A stretch of DNA of 64,000 bases from Octopus sinensis. Lineage: Eukaryota. The notes under the pieces were generated by a model. That model saw only the letters and a list, made by a program, of their open reading frames with translations. It did no database searches and had not been told where the DNA came from. Location: NCBI RefSeq assembly GCF_006345805.1, contig NC_043013.1, positions 37,758,001-37,822,000 on the forward strand, given 5' to 3'. Below, one piece after another: positions 1-10,933 of the stretch (positions within the stretch are counted from its first letter, which is position 1; the number at the start of each line of letters is the position of its first letter). The position numbers and the translations under genes are program-made.

Positions 1-650
1 CAGCTTCCTGCGTAGCACTTTCGCTACCTGATCGTGTCGCCACAGCTTGTAGTGGTTTGGGGGTAAGCTTAGGCACTTTCGTTCGAGACATGGGCAATGG
101 TTCCATCCACTCTATTGCAGATGCAACACAGCGGAGACACTTGCTCATTCTTAAGGTTGACCCTCCAGTTCGTGGCCCAAACTTGGTCTTGCGCTGCCAG
201 TATAGTGCTCTCGGTCTCTTTTTTTAATGTTCCTTTCTTCAGCCAATACCACTTATTTTTTCCAGCAATTTCTATTATGGCTTTATGGAATTGATTGTGT
301 AGTTTCTTCTTGCGTAATCCTTCTTCATGTCCTTTTTGTACTCCTTCCTTTGTTTTACCTTTTTTATCTGCTTTCAATACTCCCTTATTCCTAACTGGCA
401 CTAGCAATGTTTCCTTACCTTGGGCTAAGTATCTCATTAAGCTCCCGAGTTCCATACGTTTGCAGTCTTCAACACCTGTCAGTCTCCTTGCTCCATTTGC
501 TCTCTTCGTGTATAGGTGATCAGTGTCTGCACGTAGATGATGGGTTCCATGCATTGCTAGGAGCTTTCTTGACTTTCAGTCCAACTCCTTTAGCTCCTCC
601 TCTGTCCACTTCAGGATTCCAGTACCAAAGCAAACTACCGTGACCGCACG
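1..650 (-). mobile_element. R4/Dong-like RLE non-LTR retrotransposon fragment, copy 1 (end of RT through CCHC zinc knuckle; 5'-truncated, continues past window start)
   Basis: Minus-strand translation gives ILKWTEEELKELD*KSRKLLAMHGTHH..DTDHLYTKR, then WYWLKKGTLKKETESTILAAQDQ, CCIC..TIAHV and, after a frameshift, KL..NHYKLWRHDQVAKV. These match the post-RT/CCHC/RHD motifs of R4-clade elements. Stops and frameshifts present. Confidence 0.85.
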
Positions 651-661
651 TGAGTTCATTG

Positions 662-666
662 TATTA

Positions 667-743
<77 letters not shown>

Positions 744-810
744 GTTATTAATATTATTGTTGTTGTTGCTTTTGTTGTTGTTTGTTTTGTTGTTGTTGTT
801 GTTGTTGTTT
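662..810. repeat. Compound (ATT)n then (GTT)n microsatellite between the two R4/Dong-like copies
   Basis: Directly visible trinucleotide runs. Confidence 0.97.
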
Positions 811-811
811 A

Positions 812-1745
812 TATTATGAAAGACTCTCGGATAGTTCTTAATTACCGGTTATTCTCTACTTGAAAGCAGGCATCAACAATTCACCAAAGGTTTCAAGTAG
901 TGCCTTCTCCTGTGGTTAAAAGAGACAATACTCTCCTTAGAATGTGAGCTGTATCCAACAATGCTATCTTCTGGATCACCCGGAGCGTGACACCAGTTCT
1001 AATATTCTTAATATGTTTTTCAAAGCCCTCGGAAACTGCTCCTAAATCTCCAACTACCACCGGTACCACCATTACTTTCCTCATGCCCCATAACTTTCTT
1101 ATCTCGTCCCGCGGCGGCTGGTATTTCTCAATCTTTTCTGTTTCCTTATATTTCACCCTCGAATACCTGATATTGCAACATCTATTATCTTTACTTCTTT
1201 TTCATCTTTATGGGTGAGCACGATATATGGCCATCTCGCCTCTGTGACATGGTCGCACTGCATGTTAAAATCCCAGAGTATTTTGTTATGCTCATTTTCC
1301 ATAACTCCCTCTCGCTTGTGTTCGTACCATTGTTCGGCTCTCTCGAGGCTTGCTTTACCGCACAACAGCCTGAGAACGTATCTGGTCCCATTGTCAAAAC
1401 CTCCTTTTATATTCACGTTGAGCGAGCTTACGGCACTCACTAACAATATGGCTTATACTTTCTCTCTTCTCAGAGCATATCCTACATTGTAGAAAGTCAG
1501 TGCTTTTATCAATATGATATTTGTAGTAGTTTCTTCTTGAGTACTGCACACTAATACCTCAGAAATTCTCCTTTCTGCAGCCATTTCCAGGTTCTCTTCT
1601 AGTCAATCTGATCTTTATTATCCAAAAGCTGACTGTGTATTTTCAAGTCCTGCCAAATTTTCTTCATCTGTTCTCTCTGGCCTTTCTTAAATTGTGTTGG
1701 ATCTACGGCTTCGTTCACTTTTAAGGTTTTCTGCATTTTCACTGA
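812..1745 (-). mobile_element. R4/Dong-like RLE retrotransposon 3' fragment, copy 2 (zinc knuckle, restriction-like endonuclease, 3' UTR)
   Basis: Minus-strand translation: TWKWLQKGE, CRICSEKRESISHIVSECRKLAQREYKRRFDN, ILWDFNMQCDHVTEARWPYIVL..VKIIDVAI, EKIEKYQ..RDEIRKLW, VPVVVGDLG..ALLDTAHILRRVL. This is a degenerate PD-(D/E)xK RLE domain followed by a short UTR and microsatellite. Confidence 0.9.
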
Positions 1746-2044
1746 TTCGATCATTTTTTTTTCTTTACTCCCTTTAATCCTCCATTAAATCCCTGTTTTT
1801 TGTTGTTTTTTTTATTACAAATATTGAACATACACAATAATCAAAATCATTAACATATACAGAAACAGTATACGAAATTGTTAGGCTTCAATCCAATTCA
1901 GTGTTTCTTATCACACATAATAAAAATTTCTATAATCACCAGACCCCTTTAGAGACCGATTAAAGTAGGAATCGTGACACATTCAAATGAAAACACCAAT
2001 AAATAAAGCTACCTTACAATGTCTACGGAATATATAAATTCTAC

Positions 2045-2545
2045 AAAAAGGATTGGAGACAAACACTTTCCTCTCTGGTCAATCTCTCATCAACTTCTTC
2101 AAGTATCACTTGAAAAGGAAAGTGAGAGTAGAGAGGCAAGTTTTGTCTTGCGAATGTTTCAAAAAAGGATGGGTGAATGTAGCAAGGATGGCACGTATGA
2201 ATGACGAAGCCACCTTGAGCATAATCCTATGAAGCCAGAAAAATTTAAAACAGAGTTACTTACTTGCAAATAAATGTGTTAACATGTGACATTATTGACC
2301 AATGTTACTGTGGTCTTTTCCGTAGGCTTTTCTTTCCACAGATAAACTTTATCTGCTTCCCCCTTTACACTATACATCATGACATTTCTGTGATACACGA
2401 TCCCTATTGATCGTTTTTTTTTCTTTGTTTCCTTTCCTTTTTACGATCCGTTTTGATCGAAAACCTACCCCTATTTTTTTCTCCCCAAAAAGAAAAGCTC
2501 TACTTTGTAATTTGTCCCGTCTGTGTAATTTGTCCCATAAAAATA
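2045..2545 (+). mobile_element. L1/Tx1-like LINE 3' end (ORF2 C-terminus and 3' UTR)
   Basis: Translates GLETNTFLSGQSLINFFKYHLKRKVRVERQVL..WVNVARMARMN, homologous to GLKTKTFLFGQSLINF..HLKRKIR..WMKVARMVRVN at ~21070-21245. Confidence 0.7.
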
Positions 2546-2827
2546 TGTCATAGCCGAAAAGTAGCTATGACAAAAGCCAAAAGGTATCTATCGCTCTCAT
2601 CCCCACAACAAATACATTAAAAATATATAATTCATACCTGACAAAAACAATAAAATACATCCAAACGTCAATATCATCAAAATCACATTTATAGGAGTAA
2701 AAGACACTATAATCTCAACATAGAACAGCCCTGCACTAGATCATACATTCAAAGGATATGTATGTGGTAAGAATGTGTATGTATTTCACTATACGTATAT
2801 GTATGTATCCATATATGCATATGTGTA

Positions 2828-2872
<45 letters not shown>

Positions 2873-2998
2873 AATATTATTAGAGACAAAACCACTATTT
2901 TGCAAAACAATTTACTATAAAATCGATTTAATCCTAAATCTGATTTTTTTCCCTGTAAATTTGGATTTTTTCCCTATATTTATTATAATATATATATC

Positions 2999-3029
<31 letters not shown>

Positions 3030-3367
3030 ATGAATGAATGACGTGTAACATTATAGGGCTATAACCTCTAGAAATACAGGCTATCGAAATAAAACCGTGA
3101 ATCGAATCACATTAGTGTATGTACTATACACACACAAGTTATATATATGCGTGTGTGTGCGCGCGCGTATGTGTATATGTACACGCACCATAGGAGATGA
3201 CAGCAAGAGTCAAGCCAAATGAGAACCACACACAATAACACCTTAAAGCTATCAGAAGCAACCAACTAGGTATCCACAAATACCCTCAGCAGCTCCTTGT
3301 TTTGAAATATTACATATATAAGACAACTAAAACATTGAGATTAGAACTAAACTCAGATTAGAACGAC

Positions 3368-3545
3368 GTTTCCGTTACGTTCTGAGTTCAAATTCCGCCG
3401 AGGTCGACTTTGCCTTTCATCCTTTCGGGGTCGATAAATTAAGTACGAGTTACCCACTGGGATCGATGTAATCGACTTAATCCGTTTGTCTGTCCTTGTT
3501 TGTCCCGTCTGTGTTTAGCCCCTTGTGGGTAGTAAAGAAATATAT
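3368..3545 (+). mobile_element. tRNA-derived SINE family A, 5'-truncated
   Basis: B-box GAGTTCAAATTCC; body matches copies at 16711 and 38243; tail ..gtttagccccttgtgggtagtaaagaaata. Confidence 0.85.
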
Positions 3546-4335
3546 ATCTTACAAGTTACATATGAAAACGGAAATATACTTAAATAAACCAACGGAGACG
3601 TCTCTTCTCTTCTCCTTTCAATATATTCTGTTCTTTAAAACAGCTTATTAAAATATACAAGAAATTTCTTCGACCAACATACCGATTATCATCACAAGGC
3701 AATAAAATATATTTAAGTAATAAAACGGAATGTTTTTATAAATTGCACCAATATATGACGGAGCGGACTCTAACCCGAAATGAAACGATGTCTTCAGAAT
3801 ATTACCACTTTACAAATAATATCATATTCACCGCAGTAGCTTCACAAGTTGTTGAACAACAAATAATGCAAAAGAAACTCTTTGTAACATCATGAGTATT
3901 ATCTGAGAAAGTCCATTATCGTTTACGCACCGAATTTGCAGCATAGATTCATTAACTCGATCGACTTGAAACATTTGCCAAAACATTTCTCAGGTCTCCA
4001 ACCGTTATTAAAATTTGGAATGAAACATTGGATAATATAGTTCTGGCTGAGTTGTTTTTGAATAAATAGTGGTAGAATCTCGACCGGAATGTCTTTGATC
4101 CATTACACGGCCGTCCTTGACCTGGAAATAAGCAACCAAGAAGAGAATGAAAACTTCATACAGGTTATATCGAACGTCCTAATTTAATTGTTATATAGCG
4201 TGACTGAAAATTGTGTATGAATTATTCTCTGAAATTATTATATATATAGACACTCACATATACATGTTGGTGTGCCTGTACTTGTGTTCCGGCTTACATA
4301 TATATATATAATATGTGACAATTATTCGGTAGCCA

Positions 4336-4377
<42 letters not shown>

Positions 4378-5217
4378 TTATATATGTATGTATATATGCG
4401 TGTATGGATATGTATTTACGTATGTATAGATGGATGGATGGATTTGTATACTCAGTATGAGCCCCTTAAATAGAGAAGAACAAATAATGTGCGTTCATTT
4501 ATTTTCAACACGTTTTCGCGCACTTGAATGTGGAAGGGATTCTTTGCTGGATTTTGTAGAGGACAATTAAGTATTTCTTGTAAATTTTCTGCATGTAAAG
4601 ACACAGCAAACTCTAAACTAACGTGAGGGTATTACGAGACACTGGGTAGTTTGGTCCCCTTATCGAAAAATATCGTGTCGCTTAATTAATACTACACATG
4701 AACTTCTTTTCACATGTTCGTGTATGTGTGTATGTGTATATATATATATTTTATGCGCGCGTGTGTGTATACACAAGCAATAAAAATGAGTCAATTGAGT
4801 TGAGGCTGGACGAGCTGATAAGTACACAAAGCAGTGCCCATCATATAATTGTGCATATCATTATTCTTGATACGTTCCTGCAGACTCGAACGTGAATGGC
4901 TTTCGCTGCAGGATAGTGTGTTAGAGGGCACATTCCTCTCTATTGGCTTTCTGTGAAAAGGAAAGAGTTCTTGTGTAGAAAATGTTTTGGAAACAAAGTT
5001 ACCGGTTATGATTTTGAACTTTGCTGCCTTGTGTATAAATAATGAAATTAATCAAGTTTTACTGGCCTCTGCATTTCACAGATAATTGGACTTCTTTCCC
5101 TGCGCTTGACCGAAACAATGTATTTGTTTGTCATCTAATCTCACTTTAATCAGGGTGCGTCCCATGTACAAAATGTAAATAGACAAATTTAGGATCAAGT
5201 GATGGTATGTTGTCAAT

Positions 5218-5585
5218 TTAATGTTACAGTCCCATGAAAGGGAAGAATGATACTGCTATTTAGCCCTACGAAACACCGTTTCCTGTTGGCCATGATACAT
5301 TTTCTGTGCCCTTATGTTTTCAAAGTGGGAGATAAGCACATGCACCCAGAAAAGCCAGTCTCCAGAGTCTAGTTTCAGAGTCATTGCTCATCATCAGTCT
5401 GGAGTAGCTAACTGTCGATACTTATTCGCCTTTGAAAACATATATTTCAAGTGCTGGGTGGAGGTGTTTATCTCCCCCTTTGAAAACATAAGGACACAGA
5501 AAATGTGTCATGGCCAACAAGAAACGGTGTTTCCTAGGGCTAAATAACAGTTGCATTCTTCCCTTTCATGGGACTGTCACATTAA
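5218..5585. mobile_element. Hairpin MITE/foldback with ~130-bp terminal inverted repeats
   Basis: 5218-5349 (ttaatgttacagtcccatgaaagggaagaatg...cccag) is the reverse complement, with scattered mismatches, of 5454-5585 (ctggg...cattcttccctttcatgggactgtcacattaa). TTAA at both ends. Confidence 0.9.
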
Positions 5586-5702
5586 GTTCACAACATAACA
5601 TCAATTTATCGTGCTGCTACAGTATAAATCTCTCTGAGAAATTTAAATACTCAGAAAGGTCATCGCTTGGCCCTGGCACTATATTATGTTTCTTTCTCTT
5701 AG

Positions 5703-6362
5703 TCTTTTACTTGCTTCAGTCATATGACTGCGGTCTTGTTGCAGCACTGCCTTCAGTCGAACAAATAGACCCAGGGACTTATTCTTTGTTAGCCTAATAT
5801 TTATCCTCTCAGTCACTGTTGCCGAACTGCTGGATTACGGGGACGTAAACACACCAACATCGGTTATCAAGCGATGGTAGGGGAACAAGCACAGGCAAAA
5901 AAATACATAGGCGTGGCTGTGTGGTAAGAAGCTTGCTTCCCAACAATATGCTACCGGGTTCAGTTTCACTGCAAGGCACCTTAGTCAAGTGTCTCCAACT
6001 ATAGCCTCGGACCGACCAAAGGTTTGTGAGTGGATTTGGTTGACCTAAACTGAAAGACGTGCGTCGTATATATACATGTATATGTTTGTGTGTCTGTGTT
6101 TGTCTCCACCACCACCACCAGCGTTTGACAAGCGATGTTAGTGTGTCAACTTAGCTGTAACTTAGCTGTTCGGCAACAGATACCAATAGAATAAGTACTA
6201 GGCTTACAAAAATTAAAAGATTATATATATAACGGGCGTCTTTCAGTTACCGTCAACCAAATCCACTCTCAAGGCTTTGGTCGACTCGAGGCTGTAGTAG
6301 AAGACACTTGCTCACGGTACCGCGCAGTGAGACTGAACCCGGAACCATGTGGCTGGGAAGAA
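5703..6362 (-). mobile_element. SINE family B, split by a nested opposite-strand copy
   Basis: The 3' half lies at 5703-5905 and the 5' half at ~6230-6362; both match the intact B copy at 46801-47174 in reverse. Confidence 0.8.
5909..6212 (+). mobile_element. SINE family B, nested copy lacking its tail
   Basis: A-box TGGCTGTGTGG, degenerate B-box GGTTCAGTTTC; body matches 46801-47174. Confidence 0.8.
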
Positions 6363-6484
6363 ACTCCTTTGCCTTTGTGTATTTCGTTTTTTGTCCCTCG
6401 TCCGTCCAGTAACGGTCCCGTCTTTAATTACATTTATTCCATTGCGTATGTCCACTTCTGTATCCTTTGTCTATCCATTTATTG

Positions 6485-6590
6485 TTGAAAGGCAATGTCG
6501 AACTCGTGGTGTTTGGATTCAGATCGTAAAGACGGACGTAATATCGCAAAGCGTTTTGTACGGCGTGCTAACGATTCTGCCAGCTCACCA
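6485..6590 (-). mobile_element. SINE family A head, degenerate
   Basis: Reverse complement gtgagctggcagaatcgttagcacgcc matches the head at 16711. Confidence 0.75.
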
Positions 6591-7097
6591 CCATATGAAT
6601 TCTTAAAATAAGCAATAGCCCTGTGTTTAATCAGTCTGCATAAATATGTGCTACGCTGAAGCACAGTGTTAGTTGTTTAAAATGAGCTATATAATAAATC
6701 ATCAAGCTGCTTGTCTCTCATTCCCTGCCTATAACAGTTTTTACTCTAGTCTGGTGGCGTTTCAAGAAAATTTGCCAAGCATTTCCAGCAGATCAAGTTG
6801 TCGAGTAGATGATCTTTTATTGGGTTGTTCTGAAGATTTTACTCTTTCTACAAAGAGAATTATTCTCTTACAACTAACGACTTGTGAAAAACGCGAGTTA
6901 ATTAATACATTTTGATTACGTTTAAACTAGTCGACTAATGAACGAAAGCACTACTTCTGGCTCATCGCTGGCATTTTTTACAACTTGCCCCACACATGTT
7001 ACCACAGAACTATGTATGTATGCATGTGTGTGTGTGTGTGCATATATATATGCATATATATACATATGTATACACACAGACTTATATATATATACAT

Positions 7098-7132
<35 letters not shown>

Positions 7133-7155
7133 CATATATATACTTAGATATATGT

Positions 7156-7186
<31 letters not shown>

Positions 7187-7689
7187 TATATGTGTGTGCG
7201 TGTGTGTGTTGTGTGTGTGTGTGTATGTGTATATATGTATACATACAGGTAAATGTATTTTAAGAGAGCGTTTGAAAGTAATCGAGATGAATCAGATATA
7301 TAATGAGGCTATGGCTGCTGCCGAATGCTGTTTTGTGAGTCAGGAACTAAAATTGAAAAAGACGTGAATTATGAGAATGTTAATAGACTAATATGAAAGA
7401 AATTCATTACAAAATATACAGAGATACACACATATATAAATACGCGAACACGCGTAGAGAGCTAGGAAGAATCAGGCAAAGAGAGAAACATATACGTGTA
7501 CATCGACTCGAAAACAAGCAGATCCATGTATGAAAGCCTAGAGCTGTGCTTTTGTGCACTTGTACTTCGGAATATAGGTTATGTCGCCTCGAACCTTTGC
7601 CTCGGTATTTGCTTCGTGATTATGAAGTTGCTACTACTTGAGCACGCGCATGCACACACACACATTGTCATTTCAAATAGACGAACAAT

Positions 7690-7855
7690 AAAATTAACAA
7701 TAACAGGCAGGAAGAGATCGTGCACAAGGAATGTACTGGTTTTACTCTCAGTAAGAGAGAAATTTTGACGTTTCGAGCATAGCCCTTCGTCGAAAAGGAA
7801 AGAGGAAAAAGATCAAGGAAGGAAAAGGCATCATTGGCAGGACGTGTGTAGATAC
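7690..7855 (-). mobile_element. Penelope-like pseudo-LTR remnant
   Basis: Carries the same hammerhead-like core, in a similar purine-rich flank, as 16066-16310. Confidence 0.5.
7763..7797 (-). ncRNA. Minimal type I hammerhead ribozyme-like motif (C3U4 altered)
   Basis: Minus strand ttt-TCGACGA-A-GGGC tat GCTC-GAAAC-GTC-aaa: stem II GGGC/GCUC, GAAA box, palindromic ACGU stem III, GUC site. Confidence 0.55.
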
Positions 7856-7863
7856 ATTACTGA

Positions 7864-7864
<1 letters not shown>

Positions 7865-7934
<70 letters not shown>

Positions 7935-7975
7935 GATCGATCGATCGATAGATCGATCGGTCGATCTATCTATCA
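7865..7975. repeat. (TCTA)n grading into (TCGA)n microsatellite
   Basis: Directly visible. Confidence 0.95.
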
Positions 7976-7977
7976 AC

Positions 7978-8224
7978 ACTTTTACTTGTTTCAGTCATTT
8001 GACTGCGGCCATGCTGGAGCACTGCCTTTAATCGAGCAAATCGACTCCAGGGCTTATTCTTGGTAAGCCTAGTACTTATTCTATCGGTCTCTTTTGCCAA
8101 ACAGCTAAGTTACAGGGACATAAACACACCAGCATCGGTTTCAAGAGATGTTGGGGTGACAAACACAGACACACAAATACACGCACGCACACACACACAC
8201 ACACACACATACACACACACACAC

Positions 8225-8291
<67 letters not shown>

Positions 8292-8450
8292 AATACATAT
8301 ATACGACGGGCTTCTTTCAGTTTCCGTCTACCAAATCTACTCACAAGGCTTTGGTCGGCTCGACGCTATAGTAGAAGACTCTTGGCCAAGGTACCACGCA
8401 GTGGGACTGAACCTGGAACCATGTGGTTAGTAAGCAAGCTACTTACCACA
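7978..8450 (-). mobile_element. SINE family B, near full length with expanded internal (CA)/(TA) tract
   Basis: Reverse complement of the 46801-47174 copy. Confidence 0.9.
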
Positions 8451-8588
8451 CACACACATACACACACACGCACATGCACACACACACACACACACATATA
8501 TATATACATATATACAAATATATACATACATCCATATAAATATAGATAGATAGATAGAATGACAGACAGATAGATAGATAGATAGATG

Positions 8589-8640
<52 letters not shown>

Positions 8641-10074
8641 TAGAGAGACAGAGAGATAGATAGATATGCAAGTAAATATGTATAGTCACTAACCTGTTTA
8701 TATGGTACATGCTTTTCCTTTGTATCGTTTTTCTTGTCTAGTAAATAAGGACACGTATTTTTGAAAAGATTTCAAGGGTTCTCATTGAATTCAGCGCACA
8801 TCTGCTAATGGATATTTATATATTTACACACCCATATAATTCGTATTTATGTATATGTATATATTTGTGCTTACATGAATGTCATATATAGATATGTGAA
8901 TCTAAGTTTTCATTTATGTATGCGTATACGTAAATATGTATGTATGTGTATGTGTGTATGTTAATTATTATATAAGTAAATTTACATTAAGATAATAGGT
9001 ATCCCCGTGTTATGCAAACTTCAGAGTACCACTTTTGCCCTTGCAGAAATTGTAAAATATGGCCACGATTTTCGGAATTCGTTCTGTAATTTCGCTTTTA
9101 TGAGAATTCGAATAAATTTGAAAATTTAAGATTACAGTATGCACACGCACGCACATACACACACGCGCGCGCGCGTGCACACACACACATACATACGTAT
9201 ATTTATATATAAATAAATAAATAAATGAAGATGTTACACAAATTACTGCACATTAATCCAGAGTTTCTACATTTGAATAGGTCGCTTCAACCGTGTTACT
9301 GGCGTGAATTTTGCTACCCTGGTAACGGTTTATTGAACTTTCCTTATTAACGGCAACAAAGGACAATTCATTCATCCATTTATATATTTATATATATGTA
9401 TGCGCTTGTTTGTGCATAAGCATCTATGATTATTTTAGGGAAATAGTAAAGGTAAAGAGAGCAAAGAAAACACAGGAAGAACCAGTTTGAACAAATATTG
9501 TTTTAGGTTAACGCAGATATGGTATAAATTGAGTCTAAACGTTTTGGACACAAGTTCGTCGTCAGAAAAAAAGGTGTAGAAGGACTGTAAATTAGGAATA
9601 CGAGTGAATAGAAATGAAAGCAATCTATGAGTTAAGTACAAGATGGGAATGCGATTATACGGGGAGAGTTAAGAATACAGGGGTCAAAAATTCCTCCTAG
9701 AGAAACCTCGAGTGTATGGGGACGCGTTTGTGCAAGTAACGTGTGGAGTTTAAGTGGTTCAAGTCAAAAGGGTCAAAGGTGAAGTACCTATAAATCTGGT
9801 AACGTTTTGAGTAACTGTAAGCATACAGTAATATCTTCCACCTCATCCTTCACCATTTCATTTTCTCAGTTCCATTCTTATATCCATAGGTAGAATACAA
9901 AAGAGTTTTCCTCGCGCAGAACAATACTTTCCTGGTGCTATGTTTTTACTACGTATTTGTTATGAATAATTGTTCATTGCCGCAGCTGTTTGATTTAGCT
10001 ACAATTCGAGATATTTGCATAGAAATCATAAAATGCTAGAGCTGGGATATGAAATTTGTGCTTTAATACAACTT

Positions 10075-10445
10075 CATGCAGAAAATAAAAATAATTTTGT
10101 CAAGACAGTAAGGCTTGAACCATTTGCTCTGAGATCAATACGAGACAGCAGATAGAACATTAAGTCAAGTTTCTATGTTAACTACTTGGACGTTTTTCAT
10201 ATTGTTTAAAATAGGACCGCCATTGTGTTTATAGATAGAGGATCATAATCCTGGAGGATTTGTGCAGGAAAAAAAATCATTTTGTCAAGTCAGTAAGGCT
10301 TGAACCATTTGCCCTGAGAACAATGCAAGACAGTAGACAGAAAATTAATGAAGTGCTCAAGAAATTTCTATGTTAACTACTTGGACGTTTTTCATATTGT
10401 TTAAAATGGGACCGCCATTGTGTTTATAGATACAGGATCATAATC
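10075..10445. repeat. Tandem duplication of a ~185-bp unit
   Basis: ttttgtcaag..cagtaaggcttgaaccatttgc...tttctatgttaactacttggacgtttttcatattgtttaaaat.ggaccgccattgtgtttatagata.aggatcataatc occurs twice in succession. Confidence 0.9.
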
Positions 10446-10897
10446 GGCGCATTTGCTAATTAGAAAGATGGTAATTTGCTAAACCGACAAATGCGTGTGG
10501 CGAATGACAAGACGAAAACAAAATCAGTGAAATTTCTAGTTTAAGGTTAAAACTTCTTTTCTGGCTAGTTTGAAAAGTTTAAGATGAGCTTAAATTTGAA
10601 CATAAATTTAATGGCCAAGCTGTAGTGCTGCAAGGCAACTGGAAAAATTGCTTGCCCGCAGATGAGAGGTGGTTATGCAGCAGACAATGATCAAACTACA
10701 CTTTTCTAGCACTTGTGATTCAAAAACAAATAGCTTTGTCACTCTCTGTATCACACTGATTCCATCTGGGAATTATCTTGAAGGTGCAATTGTCTGTGGA
10801 ATACTCGGCCATTTACACGTATTTCAGTTGACCAAACATCTGAAGTTTTATCATCGAACGACGGACATCTACTACCGTCAATATCTCCTCGTTGTAC

Positions 10898-10933
<36 letters not shown>

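Noticed and set aside
9765-9785. GGGTCA-A-AGGTGA DR1-like nuclear receptor site
   Set aside because: A single motif with no conservation or gene context.
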